A stretch of 64,000 nt of DNA from an uncultured Veillonellaceae bacterium (GCA_963805085.1 CAWDTA010000002.1:384001-448000), one strand, 5' to 3'; positions 1 through 10,188 are shown, numbered from the stretch's first letter. Notes: generated by a model from the letters alone, not told the origin. Numbers and translations: made by a program.

Positions 1-581
1 ATTGTCATAGCTTCCATTTCGGTTGTTGTCGTCACGCGCGTCCAAAATTTTAAAACAATTGTGATGTGTACCTTGCGCGGATCACACTCATCAAAATCAT
101 AATCGACATATTCAACACTACAATCTGCGGTCGCATTCATGTCAGGATCAGCACCGTCTACTTCAATATCACGAATAAATTTGATATGTTTTTTTTCAAA
201 GGCGTGGACTGGTTCGTTGGGTAAATTCGCCACATACATTACCTTAACTTCTAAATCACCACGTATCACGGCTCTGTTAGGAATAACATCAACACTGTCA
301 ATTTCTACTTCTTTTACATAAACGTCAACAACTTGCCTAATATCCGGTTTTCTCCTTGGTACAAACATATCAAATTCTAATATTTTTTGCTTCATCTCTG
401 CGGCGAGCACCTGCTCAACCTCAAGAACTTCTATCATCGGTTGAGTACATCCACACATCGTGCCTTCAGACTCCTCTGGCATCATGCTATTGATTCCATT
501 ACCCGATGAAGTTTTGGTATTCGCAGAAGTAGAAGTAGAACCAGAAGCTATGCGTTGATTTTCATCCATATGTTCATCCAT
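1..581 (-). CDS. SPOCS/DUF3794 spore-coat assembly protein, 3' end outside window
   Basis: Not in the ORF track. AGGAGG RBS, ATG at 581, frame open to the window edge. Translation (MDEHMDENQR...EVEQVL...KPDIRQVVDV...VIRGDLEVKVMYVA...VHAF...VEYVDYD) is paralogous to 611..1537. Confidence 0.8.
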   Translation of the reverse strand, partial: MDEHMDENQRIASGSTSTSANTKTSSGNGINSMMPEESEGTMCGCTQPMIEVLEVEQVLAAEMKQKILEFDMFVPRRKPDIRQVVDVYVKEVEIDSVDVIPNRAVIRGDLEVKVMYVANLPNEPVHAFEKKHIKFIRDIEVDGADPDMNATADCSVEYVDYDFDECDPRKVHITIVLKFWTRVTTTTEMEAMT

Positions 582-610
582 ATATTCTCCCCTCCTTTTC
601 TAAAGAAACA

Positions 611-1537
611 CTATCCTTTTGGTGTACTCGGCAACGTTTGCGCAGGTTGTGCTGGCGCTGGTGTCGGTGCCGGTGCTGGTGCCGGTTGCACTGGTTGTGC
701 TGTTGCAGCTCCACTTGTCATATTTGCTTGTGGATTCACTTGAACTTCACGATCTGCCATTACTTTTGCCTTTATCCGGAGCATGATGGAAACATCGAAT
801 TCACGGAAACAAATCTCCTCACAACATGGTGCGCACGGTGGACCCGGTGGGTTTGGTCCTTTCGGTGGACAACATGCCATTGCTGGATCATATGGTGGCA
901 TCGGATGATGATGGTGCTGTGGATGCCCACAGTCATCCATATGATGATGATGCTCCATTGGATCACAAGGGTCATCCATATGATGATGATGCATTGGATC
1001 ACAAGGGCCATCCATATGATGATGATGCTCCATTGGGTCACAAGGGTCATCATCGTACATAGGGCCATCATCATCGACATCACCATGGTATTTATATTTA
1101 TATGCACGTGTCATTTCTGGTACGTCATAGTCAACGAATTCAACACCAACGGTTGCTTCCGCATCCATACCACGTCTTGCTCCTGGGATATCAACATCCT
1201 GTAAAAATTTACAATGTTTGATTTCTACAGCATGCACAGGTTGATCTGGCAGGCACGCAACATAAATCGCCTTTACCTCAAACTCACCGCGCACCATGAC
1301 TCTATCTGCGATAACATCCACACTGTTTACTTCAACATTTTTCACAAAAACGTCAACAATCTGCTCAATCGATGGTTTTTTATGTGGCACCCGTACATGT
1401 AAATCTATAATATCTTGCGTTTCTGTTTCACCCAACACCTGTCTAACGATAATCGTTTGCGGGCCAGTTGCTGCACCTAGAGTACAATAATCTGGCATAT
1501 GATGATGATGATTATAACGGTTATTTTCCTCTTTCAC
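611..1537 (-). CDS. SPOCS/DUF3794 spore-coat protein with His/Cys/Asp-rich insert and Pro/Ala-rich tail
   Basis: KPSIEQIVDV...VMVRGEFEVKAIYVA...VHAVE pattern; paralog of the adjacent gene; SigK-like promoter upstream. Confidence 0.8.
   Translation of the reverse strand: MKEENNRYNHHHHMPDYCTLGAATGPQTIIVRQVLGETETQDIIDLHVRVPHKKPSIEQIVDVFVKNVEVNSVDVIADRVMVRGEFEVKAIYVACLPDQPVHAVEIKHCKFLQDVDIPGARRGMDAEATVGVEFVDYDVPEMTRAYKYKYHGDVDDDGPMYDDDPCDPMEHHHHMDGPCDPMHHHHMDDPCDPMEHHHHMDDCGHPQHHHHPMPPYDPAMACCPPKGPNPPGPPCAPCCEEICFREFDVSIMLRIKAKVMADREVQVNPQANMTSGAATAQPVQPAPAPAPTPAPAQPAQTLPSTPKG
932..1045. repeat. In-frame tandem repeat, 3 units of 39/36/39 bp encoding PCDPM(E)HHHHMD(D/G)
   Basis: Units read directly at 932-970, 971-1006 and 1007-1045. 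Confidence 0.95.
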
Positions 1538-1568
1538 TCACATTCACCCCTTTTGTGTTTTCTATTTA

Positions 1569-1596
1569 TATATATGCCTGGGAGAAAATTTATGTG
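1569..1596 (-). promoter_or_regulatory. SigK-like promoter
   Basis: CACA-N16-CATATATA on the minus strand upstream of the SPOCS gene; fits AC-N16/17-CATAnnnT. Confidence 0.6.
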
Positions 1597-1659
1597 AAAA
1601 AAATCTACGACCTCACATTTTTTTTGAAAAATACCTATTTCTTAACTTTCTGATAAAAC

Positions 1660-1693
1660 AAGGGACGCCTGCAGTAATTTGCAAGCGCCCCTT
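1660..1693 (-). terminator. Hairpin terminator after the CAP gene
   Basis: Imperfect inverted repeat aagggacgcctgca...tgcaagcgcccctt. Confidence 0.55.
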
Positions 1694-1707
1694 ATTTGAC
1701 TAACTAT

Positions 1708-2211
1708 TTATTTTCCGATAAATTCCTGTACTACATACACTTTTCCATGAGAATCATGTTTCACGCCAATTCCCACTTCCGTATAATGTCCATTTAAAAT
1801 ATTTTCACGATGTTCTGGGCTATTCATAAAAGCAAGCTCTGCTGCTTCTATCGTATCATTTAATGCTAAATTTTCTCCCGCGTATTGATAAGAGATACCT
1901 GCATTTTTCATGCGATTAAACGGTGTTAATCCTTCAGGATTATTATGGGCAAAAAAACCTCGTTTGATCATATCATCCGCATAAGCATCGGCAAGCTTAT
2001 TCAGCTCTGCTTTATAAACAAGCGGTGCCAATCCATGTTGAGCACGATCATTATTCAATAGTATTAACGCCTGCACTTCCTCTGTCGTCGCCTGCGTAGT
2101 AGCTTTTGCAGCATAAACCGAATGTACGAGTACATTTGGAACTGCCATCGTTATCAAAGCAATGATACTAAAACAAAGCATCATCTTTTTCAATAATTGC
2201 TTATAGTTCAT
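1708..2211 (-). CDS. Secreted CAP/SCP-domain protein (YkwD-like)
   Basis: Signal peptide; LNNDRAQHGLAPL, FFAH, AGENLA, FMNSPEHRENIL, EVGIG motifs. Start could be 2238. Confidence 0.9.
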   Translation of the reverse strand: MNYKQLLKKMMLCFSIIALITMAVPNVLVHSVYAAKATTQATTEEVQALILLNNDRAQHGLAPLVYKAELNKLADAYADDMIKRGFFAHNNPEGLTPFNRMKNAGISYQYAGENLALNDTIEAAELAFMNSPEHRENILNGHYTEVGIGVKHDSHGKVYVVQEFIGK

Positions 2212-2266
2212 AAAAAAGATACCTTTCTGAAAACCCAAAGCCTACGATTCTTGAACATTATTTAAG

Positions 2267-2293
2267 ATTCGACTTTCTTCGTCAAAATCCTTT
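2267..2293 (-). promoter_or_regulatory. SigH-like promoter containing a Spo0A-box-like TGACGAA
   Basis: AAAGGATTT-tgacgaagaaagtc-GAAT. Confidence 0.55.
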
Positions 2294-2306
2294 TGGTAAT
2301 ATCTAT

Positions 2307-3179
2307 CTAATAGCCATAGGGTGTTTTGGGCAGTCCCAAACGAAATTTTCCTCGAGTTTCAACGCCACCAACACCTTCAATTCCTGTAACCGAAGCGGCA
2401 ATAGCATCGCTGACATCAACCGTACGATTAATCGGGGTAAAAGCAACCTTTTCGGCAATAAAAACGGGATCATAAGCATGAATGAAAATCCGCGTTGGTG
2501 CCGAAGCAAAGTTTGCCCCAGCCGATAAAATTGCTTCAAAATAAGATTGACAAGCCCCAGCAAAAATCACCAATTCATCTCTACTTGGTTCAATCGCCCG
2601 TACTTTTTTTACCGATTCAACAAAATATTTAGAGTGGCGATAATTATTGATATCATTAAAATCCTTTTTCCCACCAAGGAGTGCATCATGCCCTGTCAAT
2701 ACTAAAATATCGGGGTGATACTGTTCCACTAAGCCAGTCACGAATATTGGCTGCTTCACTTCATCAATACATCTGCCAACAGCCTCAATGTTTAATTGAC
2801 TATAAGTTTTCAAGCACATTTTTAAATATTCTTCGTCACCATCAATATGCAACACCCGCCCTGGCACATCAAAAAAAGAATACTTTTTTGATAAATCACC
2901 TCTAAGTAAGTCCTTTTGTCGCCGCTCACCCTTGCGCCTATCAAAAGCGCGATCCAAGCCGCTGCGTTGTACGCGTTCTAATTTTATGACCTCATTACGC
3001 AAACATTCCGCTGTAATCGCTTCCAAATCAGTGACCGGGGCATCCGCGACCAGCCGCAAATGCATCCCTTTTAACACACATCGATTCAATCCCATATCCC
3101 GCTTATCTATATCAATCACTTTAAAAATAATATCTTTTCCATGAGATTTTCGTACCACCAAATCTCCAATAGCAACCAC
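2307..3179 (-). CDS. yabG: Sporulation peptidase YabG
   Basis: IGDLVVRKSHGKDIIF, RLVADAP, PGRVLHIDGD, LTGHDA, FAGACQS, GANFAS motifs. Confidence 0.95.
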   Translation of the reverse strand: MVAIGDLVVRKSHGKDIIFKVIDIDKRDMGLNRCVLKGMHLRLVADAPVTDLEAITAECLRNEVIKLERVQRSGLDRAFDRRKGERRQKDLLRGDLSKKYSFFDVPGRVLHIDGDEEYLKMCLKTYSQLNIEAVGRCIDEVKQPIFVTGLVEQYHPDILVLTGHDALLGGKKDFNDINNYRHSKYFVESVKKVRAIEPSRDELVIFAGACQSYFEAILSAGANFASAPTRIFIHAYDPVFIAEKVAFTPINRTVDVSDAIAASVTGIEGVGGVETRGKFRLGLPKTPYGY

Positions 3180-3337
3180 ATCGATCCCCCCCCTCCTCGT
3201 TAATTCATATTATGTAGGAACGGCATGGTTTGCTACGACAATTGATGATTTACATAAATATCCACATGTAGCAAAACGGCATTGCGTTCAATATACTGTA
3301 TCAACTTTAGTCCGCAATATAACGAGGTGAAAACAGT

Positions 3338-4126
3338 ATGATATCTGCTATTGTCCCAGCAAAGAACGAAGCTGGGCGCATCGTAACGGTTTTACGCAAT
3401 CTAGCACTTTTGCCAATTGATCATATTATACTCATCGTCAATGGTTGCCGTGATACTACCCTCTATGAATCAATCAATTTAAAGATTCCAAAACTACAAT
3501 TGCTTTATTTTCACGAATGCCTTGGCATCGATATTCCTCGCGCAATCGGTGCAAAGGTCGCTTTAACTCTGGGAAGCGATATTGCATTATTTGTTGATGG
3601 TGATATGGTGGGGACATTTAACGATAAACTAAAAGAGTTGATCACCACTACAGTCGCGCAGAAACTCGATATGGCACTGACAAACTGTTATCCTATCCCA
3701 CCTCGTCATATCGATAAATGCAACCTAACCTTTCAATGGCGCCTGAAGTTAAATAAAGAATTGGCTTTAGAAAAAAAGCTCAATCTAGCAAGTCCAGCCC
3801 ACGGTCCACATGCGGTATCAAAAAAGTTACTCCAAACGATCCCCTTAAACGAACTGGCCATTCCCCCAGTTTCTTTGGCCCTTGCCAAAAAACATAAACT
3901 TAAAATTGACATTGGCACTACTATTCCTCACTACCTACTAGGTTCTTGTGTCAAGAGCAATGTCCATAGTACGAAAATCATTGATACCATTGTCGGTGAC
4001 TGCATCGAAGCCATCTCCATTTATAAAAACGAACCCCGCACCCGAAAGTGGCAAGAAAAAAACTACATTGGATATCACAACGAACGTCGCTTTGATATCT
4101 TAGATGAACTTTTAACTGAGCTATAA
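3338..4126 (+). CDS. Family 2 glycosyltransferase, probably spore-surface related
   Basis: ISAIVPAKNE start, VNGCRD, FVDGD (DxD); divergent from yabG. Confidence 0.85.
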   Translation: MISAIVPAKNEAGRIVTVLRNLALLPIDHIILIVNGCRDTTLYESINLKIPKLQLLYFHECLGIDIPRAIGAKVALTLGSDIALFVDGDMVGTFNDKLKELITTTVAQKLDMALTNCYPIPPRHIDKCNLTFQWRLKLNKELALEKKLNLASPAHGPHAVSKKLLQTIPLNELAIPPVSLALAKKHKLKIDIGTTIPHYLLGSCVKSNVHSTKIIDTIVGDCIEAISIYKNEPRTRKWQEKNYIGYHNERRFDILDELLTEL

Positions 4127-4135
4127 AAGTGCACA

Positions 4136-4170
4136 AAAAACCGTTAAGACCTGATCAGTCTTAACGGCTC
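4136..4170. terminator. Hairpin terminator between convergent genes
   Basis: ccgttaagac-N7-gtcttaacgg. Confidence 0.65.
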
Positions 4171-4269
4171 ACTTTATATTCCCGTAATGTTTTCCACCCC
4201 GTATTTATTCTTAGAGAAGGCAAAATGTATTCCCCTTATATCCAAATTGACGATGTTTGATTACTCGGT

Positions 4270-4611
4270 TTAAAAACTTTTTTTAGTGTTTATTGTCTCT
4301 TTCACCTTGCCTTTTTCTGATCCATGGGTATATCCAACGACATCAAAGTTTTGACTAAGTCGTTTTGCCAAGGCTTCATAATTTGCTGCTTTCCCCCGCA
4401 TACAAGATGACAAATGTACCACATTCACACCATTTTTAATCATTATCTCAATTTTATGTTCAATATCGCCATCAGCGTGAGAAAAAGCAACAAGCTCGAT
4501 CTCGTCCTCATATCTCGCAAAAGCGTCTTTTTTCTGAAAGAAAGCGCTAAGACAGCCTTTTCCCGTACATCGCTGCATGGTTTCTTCCCTAACTAATATA
4601 GCAATTTTCAT
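4270..4611 (-). CDS. CGGC-domain protein
   Basis: MKIAIL...CTGKGCLSAF...F..Y...VVHLSSC...GYTH pattern; the central CGGC itself is degenerate. Confidence 0.75.
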   Translation of the reverse strand: MKIAILVREETMQRCTGKGCLSAFFQKKDAFARYEDEIELVAFSHADGDIEHKIEIMIKNGVNVVHLSSCMRGKAANYEALAKRLSQNFDVVGYTHGSEKGKVKETINTKKSF

Positions 4612-4722
4612 ATTTCGCCTCATCGCCTTTTAAAAGTATATTGATAAATAAGTTTCCTGCTACTTTTATCTTACCTTATATAGTCCGCTTGTTCTGTGAT
4701 CATTATCACACTACCTTCTTAC

Positions 4723-7527
4723 CTATTTCCACATTAAGTTTTCAAACTCAGCTAGCGGCATTGGCCTGGCATACAGATACCCTTGTGCTAAATCACAAGA
4801 ACATCTTTTAAGAAACTCTGCTTGCTGGGCCGTTTCTACCCCTTCTGATACCACTTTCATCCCAAGTCTTTTCGCCATTTGGATGACATTTTCGATAATG
4901 ATTTTTTCCCGAACATTTTCTGTGCCATTATCCAAAAATTCTTTATCCAATTTTAAATAATCAACTGGTAAATCCCGCAGTAGCTTTAATGAAGAATAGC
5001 CACTGCCAAAATCATCAATAGAAATCGCAAACCCGAGATTACATAAGCTCCTCATTAATTTAATAATGTTAGCAATATTTTCCGTAAACACGCTTTCCGT
5101 GAGTTCCAATTCAATATATTTCGTCGGAACATTATACTTATTGGATAGTTCAACCAACTTATCAATGAACGTTCGATCGGTTAAATAGACCCTAGATAAA
5201 TTCACCGATATTGGGACAACTTCATGCCCTAGATCAATCCACTTACGCAAACTTGCATAAACCAATTCAAACACATAAAAATCCATTTTTGCTATAAAGC
5301 CATTCTTTTCAAACACCGGAATGAAATCGCCTGGTGACATAAATCCTTTGCTAGAACTAATCCACCGTACCAAAGCTTCTGCGCCCCTGATTTTGCCTGT
5401 AGAGAGTTCCACCTTTGGCTGATAATAAACAACGAATTCCTTAGTTTTTAGCGCATTATCTGCCAAGTCTTCAATCTCTTTCTCTCTCAGCAAATTCTGC
5501 CTAAAAACATCATTATAAAAAACAAAACTTGTATCATGGGTGCTACGTGCTTTACTTCTTGCAATATCCGCTTTGTCAATAATGGTATTCAAGGAAGCAC
5601 CATCATCTTTTAGAAGATAAATTCCATAGTGAAAAATCAATTTATAGCGCCCCGTTTTGCTGCTAGTAAAATATTTAATTTTATTATGTAACATTTTCAG
5701 CCATTCCATTAAGGCTTCGACGTCTTCATATTTGCTCAATATCAGAAATCGATCCGCCGTCATGCGTGTAAATAGCAGCTCAGCGTTTGATAGTTCTTTG
5801 ATTTGCATTGCAATATAGCGTAAAATCTCATCGCCAACCTCGAAACCAAACGTATCATTCACATAACGAAATTTCTCTATGTCAAAACAAATCATCACAT
5901 ATTTTAGCTTTTTACCCGTCATCATTTCACCGACAATTCTTTTTGCATGTAACTTAAACTTATTTAAATTCCACATTCCGGTCAATGCATCCGTATAAGC
6001 CAGTTTTTCAATTTCTTTTTGCGCTCTCATTTTAACAAGATAAGAAGCAATGAATTTGGCGACAATCATCAATGAATCGATTTCCTCTTGTGTCCATTTT
6101 CGCGGAGTACGACACTCATCAAAACCAATCGTCCCTTTAAAATCTCCATTTTCACAAAAACCATATTGCAAGATTGCCTTAATATTGCAAGCGTCCCAGT
6201 AAGATTTTAAAATTTGGGTAGCAGAAGTCTCCTGCGTAGCGGCTGGATCACTTAAATCTTCAATACAAAATAACCTGTCCTTTGCTACCCCATAATAACG
6301 AAACTGCTCATGTTTCTTAATCCTCGATTCTATCCCTTTATTACGCCATTCGTAGGTAATATTCATCGTAGTATTCAATCTATCATTTTCAAAAATATAC
6401 ACCCGACTCACATCAAAGTGCTTACCAAGCATACTCAAGACCATATGGATCCCACTATGAATATCCTTCGTCTCAAATAATAGTTCAAACATATTAATTA
6501 GCCCTAGCATATAACTTTTCTTCTGATAATCCACCAACTGATTTCCATATTCAACTTTTGCAAGGTGAGAATTTGCACTATGCTCACTATGCTTACTATA
6601 GGAGATAGACTGTTCTATCCTTTTATTATAAATTTGAAAACTACCTTTTTTCGTATTTCTTGCTTCATATAATGCCTTGTCGGCATTTTGAAATAACGTT
6701 TGGTAATCAGAGCCATGCTCAGGAAACAAAGCAATCCCCAAATTACAAAAAACACGCTGTGCCTGTTTTTCGCCTGAATACACATGGCGAAAGACATTAC
6801 TTACCGCATTTACCTTTTCCTCTACTTGTGAAATAGATTGAATATTCTTAAATAAAACAACAAAATCATCACCACCAACACGCCCGATGATTTCCGCTTT
6901 CATAAATTCATTTTTTAATTCCGTCGAAATATCGAGCAGTACCGCATCACCAAATAAGTGACCTACTTCTTCATTAATTTGTCTTAAATTATCGATATTG
7001 ATGATCATTAAGGCATGTCGTGACTCTTTACCTGTGGTTTCTAAATAGGCACCAATAACCTCTGACACTGTTACTTTATTATAAACGCCCGTAAATAAAT
7101 CCAACTTAACGTGGTTTTCTAATTGACCGCCTTCCAATCCTACGACTTTTTGCTTTTTTTTATAATCCGTAATATCAATAAAAATGCCGCGAACTGCTAC
7201 CTGCCCATTTTCATCGATCACCTTTTTCGAACTAATGGCAATTGACTTAATTGTTTTATCCGGCATGATATGTTCATATTCAAATTTTACCTTTTTACTA
7301 TTACAATCTTGTGACTTAATCATTGCTTGAATTCTCTGTACTTCGCTTTTCTCAACACTCATACCACAAGTATCTTCAAATAATACATCATATTCTTCTT
7401 TCGCATACCCCATAAGTTCAAAAAAGTCCTGATTGGCGTACGATAGTTTAAATGTGCCATCATAACTAAACTGGGCGATGCCACAAGGAATATCATCTGC
7501 AATCGTTGAAAATTTACTATATTTCAT
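4723..7527 (-). CDS. PAS-GGDEF-GAF-GGDEF-EAL protein, probable c-di-GMP phosphodiesterase
   Basis: GGDDF and TADRF at the two GGDEF sites; GAF-like SRVYIFE...GFDEC; intact EAL, ELELTES, DDFGSGYSS and QGY. Confidence 0.9.
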   Translation of the reverse strand: MKYSKFSTIADDIPCGIAQFSYDGTFKLSYANQDFFELMGYAKEEYDVLFEDTCGMSVEKSEVQRIQAMIKSQDCNSKKVKFEYEHIMPDKTIKSIAISSKKVIDENGQVAVRGIFIDITDYKKKQKVVGLEGGQLENHVKLDLFTGVYNKVTVSEVIGAYLETTGKESRHALMIINIDNLRQINEEVGHLFGDAVLLDISTELKNEFMKAEIIGRVGGDDFVVLFKNIQSISQVEEKVNAVSNVFRHVYSGEKQAQRVFCNLGIALFPEHGSDYQTLFQNADKALYEARNTKKGSFQIYNKRIEQSISYSKHSEHSANSHLAKVEYGNQLVDYQKKSYMLGLINMFELLFETKDIHSGIHMVLSMLGKHFDVSRVYIFENDRLNTTMNITYEWRNKGIESRIKKHEQFRYYGVAKDRLFCIEDLSDPAATQETSATQILKSYWDACNIKAILQYGFCENGDFKGTIGFDECRTPRKWTQEEIDSLMIVAKFIASYLVKMRAQKEIEKLAYTDALTGMWNLNKFKLHAKRIVGEMMTGKKLKYVMICFDIEKFRYVNDTFGFEVGDEILRYIAMQIKELSNAELLFTRMTADRFLILSKYEDVEALMEWLKMLHNKIKYFTSSKTGRYKLIFHYGIYLLKDDGASLNTIIDKADIARSKARSTHDTSFVFYNDVFRQNLLREKEIEDLADNALKTKEFVVYYQPKVELSTGKIRGAEALVRWISSSKGFMSPGDFIPVFEKNGFIAKMDFYVFELVYASLRKWIDLGHEVVPISVNLSRVYLTDRTFIDKLVELSNKYNVPTKYIELELTESVFTENIANIIKLMRSLCNLGFAISIDDFGSGYSSLKLLRDLPVDYLKLDKEFLDNGTENVREKIIIENVIQMAKRLGMKVVSEGVETAQQAEFLKRCSCDLAQGYLYARPMPLAEFENLMWK

Positions 7528-7737
7528 AAATTTACCCAGCTTTCAACTACACATACTTCAATAAATTATTTTTATGCTCTCATTATACTATAAGGAAAAC
7601 CTTGGGGAAAACCTTTTATTTTTATATTTTTACAATTGTTTTTAAAACAGCCTCAATTTTAAAAGAAATTTGTAAACTTTTTCTATAATTAGAAGCTCTG
7701 ATTTTTAATAATTTTTATCGTTTAATAGAAATTATCA

Positions 7738-7767
7738 TTGACATAAGGTAACTGGTAGTTTTATACT
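7738..7767 (+). promoter_or_regulatory. SigA-like promoter of cydABDC
   Basis: TTGACA-N18-TATACT. Confidence 0.55.
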
Positions 7768-7811
7768 TTAGTTATATTAAGTGTATTTAATATTAGGAGA
7801 GGTGATTACCA

Positions 7812-9176
7812 ATGGAAGAGTTTTTATTATCAAGATTACAGTTTGCAATAACCACTACATACCATTTTTTATTCATTCCCTTGACCTTAGGGCTGTCATT
7901 ATTTGTAGCATTATTAGAGACATTGTATGTTAAGACCAATAACGATCGCTATAAACAGATGACGAAATTCTGGGGGAAACTTTTTTTAGTTAACTTTGCT
8001 ATGGGTGTTGTGACTGGGATTGTGCAAGAGTTTCACTTTGGCATGAATTGGTCAGAATACTCACGATTTATGGGTGATATTTTTGGTGCACCACTAGCAC
8101 TCGAAGCTTTGACAGCATTTTTTCTAGAGTCTACATTCATGGGATTATGGATTTTCGGCTGGGATAAATTATCTAAAAAATCACATTTGCTTTGCATCTG
8201 GCTCGTAGCCTTTGCGAGTAATTTATCCTCTTATTGGATTTTAGTAGCAAATTCTTTTATGCAACATCCTGTGGGCTATACAATCAATCATGGTCGTGCC
8301 GAAATGGTTGACTTCATTGCCTTGCTAACCAACCCTTATGTTGCCGGGCAATTTTCTCACACGGTTTTATCCGGCATCGTAACTGCTGGTTTCTTTGTTA
8401 TTTCAATCAGTGCTTATCATCTATTACGCAAAACACACGTGGAATCATTTACGAGCACGATGAAAATTGGTCTTGTTTGGACAATCATTGGTTTATTCGC
8501 GGTGATGGGCAGCGGTCATATGCAAGCCCAATCGCTAGTGAATACGCAACCGATTAAATTAGCATCTTTAGAGGCGCTATGGGAAACGAAAAATCCAGCT
8601 CCATTTACCATTTACACCTCAATTGATCAAGTTAAGCAAAAAAACTCCTCACAAATAGCAATTCCTGGTTTATTATCTTTTATGGCCTTTAATAAGCCTG
8701 AGGGCGAAATAAAAGGGTTAAAAGATCTGCAACTCGCTAGTGAACAACAATTCGGGGCAGGTAACTATATTCCTGATGTACCTGGTCTATTTTGGAGTTT
8801 CCGCATTATGGTTCTTGCTGGCATTCTGATGATAGCCATCGCATTTATTAATGCATTACTTATTTTCAAAAATAAACTATCACAGTATCCTATCGCTTTA
8901 AAATGTTTATTATACGCCTTACCATTGCCATATATCGCAAACTCCACTGGTTGGTATGTCACCGAAGCTGGTCGTCAACCTTGGATCGTTGTTGGCTTAC
9001 AAAAAGCCAGCGCTGGTATTTCACAAAACATTACGAGCACAGAAGTATGGATTTCTTTAATCGGCTTTACCCTGATTTATACCGTTCTTGCGGTCGTTGC
9101 AATCTATGTTGCAATTAAGTTTATTAAGAAAGGTCCCGAAACTCCTTTAGAATCAGTGAAAGGTGGTAGAGCATGA
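7812..9176 (+). CDS. cydA: Cytochrome bd ubiquinol oxidase subunit I
   Basis: LSRLQFA..YHFLF, QEFHFGMNWSEYS, AFFLES, EAGRQPW. Confidence 0.97.
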   Translation: MEEFLLSRLQFAITTTYHFLFIPLTLGLSLFVALLETLYVKTNNDRYKQMTKFWGKLFLVNFAMGVVTGIVQEFHFGMNWSEYSRFMGDIFGAPLALEALTAFFLESTFMGLWIFGWDKLSKKSHLLCIWLVAFASNLSSYWILVANSFMQHPVGYTINHGRAEMVDFIALLTNPYVAGQFSHTVLSGIVTAGFFVISISAYHLLRKTHVESFTSTMKIGLVWTIIGLFAVMGSGHMQAQSLVNTQPIKLASLEALWETKNPAPFTIYTSIDQVKQKNSSQIAIPGLLSFMAFNKPEGEIKGLKDLQLASEQQFGAGNYIPDVPGLFWSFRIMVLAGILMIAIAFINALLIFKNKLSQYPIALKCLLYALPLPYIANSTGWYVTEAGRQPWIVVGLQKASAGISQNITSTEVWISLIGFTLIYTVLAVVAIYVAIKFIKKGPETPLESVKGGRA

Positions 9177-10183
9177 TGGACTTAAATATTATTTGGTTTG
9201 TTTTAATCACTGTTCTTTTTATTGGCTTCTTCTTTCTTGAAGGCTTCGATTATGGTGTTGGGATTTTGCTACCTTTCTTAGGCAAAACGGATACCGAACG
9301 CCGGATTATCTTCAATACCATCGGACCAGTTTGGGATGGCAATGAGGTTTGGATGATTACCGCTGGTGGCGCTTTATTTGCGGCTTTTCCTCATGTTTAT
9401 GCGACCATGTTCAGCAGTTTTTACCTCGCACTCTTTCTCATGTTACTCGCACTAATTGCGCGTGGTGTAACCTTCGAATTTCGCAGTAAAGATGATAGCC
9501 CAACTTGGCGTAACACTTGGGATTGGACTCTTTGCATTAGCAGTGCAATTCCAGCTCTACTTTGGGGCGTTGCTGTAACCAATTTAATACAAGGAATCGC
9601 CATCAATGAAAAAATGATTTATGTTGGTACTTTCTTTGATTTATTAACACCTTATACTGTAATTGGCGGCTTGGCATTCCTGTTTGTTTTCATCTTTCAT
9701 GGGGCAATGTTTCTCTCCCTCAGAATAGAAAATACCAATATGATTGCCAACGTCCGTGAAATTTCTTTAAAAGTTGGTATTGTTGCTGCTGCTTCTTTTG
9801 TTGCATGCATGATTCTTACGTATACCAACACGGATTTATTTGCCAGTTCGCTTGCTGCGATTAGTTTAATTTTAGCTGCAATCTTATTTGTAGCAGGTTA
9901 CGCTTTTGCTTGGTTGAAAAAATATACTTTAGGCTTTATAATGAGTTCACTAGCAATCGTGCTGACAACCATCGCATTTTTTGCTGGGCTATTCCCTCGC
10001 TTAATGGTTTCTAGTTTAAATCCAGCTTGGAGTTTGGACATTTACAACGCCTCATCATCTGTTTATACACTACAGATCATGACGGTCGCAGCATTATGTT
10101 TGGTTCCAGTTGTTCTCATTTATCAAGGCTGGACTTACTGGGTATTTCGCAAGAGGGTTACAGCTAAAAATTTGGAGTATTAA
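9173..10183 (+). CDS. cydB: Cytochrome bd ubiquinol oxidase subunit II
   Basis: LEGFDYGVG, IGPVWDGNEVW, FEFRSK; overlaps the cydA stop. Confidence 0.97.
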   Translation: MMDLNIIWFVLITVLFIGFFFLEGFDYGVGILLPFLGKTDTERRIIFNTIGPVWDGNEVWMITAGGALFAAFPHVYATMFSSFYLALFLMLLALIARGVTFEFRSKDDSPTWRNTWDWTLCISSAIPALLWGVAVTNLIQGIAINEKMIYVGTFFDLLTPYTVIGGLAFLFVFIFHGAMFLSLRIENTNMIANVREISLKVGIVAAASFVACMILTYTNTDLFASSLAAISLILAAILFVAGYAFAWLKKYTLGFIMSSLAIVLTTIAFFAGLFPRLMVSSLNPAWSLDIYNASSSVYTLQIMTVAALCLVPVVLIYQGWTYWVFRKRVTAKNLEY

Positions 10184-10188
10184 AATTC

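Noticed and set aside
932-1045. 36-39-bp repeats as a CRISPR array
   Set aside because: Contiguous and in frame, with no spacers and no cas genes.
555-1204. Alternative ORFs 555..743, 638..1204, 772..1107, 826..1062
   Set aside because: Shadow frames of the repeat-rich SPOCS gene; low-complexity translations.
7660-7740. Rex or Fur box upstream of cydA
   Set aside because: Only partial matches in very AT-rich DNA.
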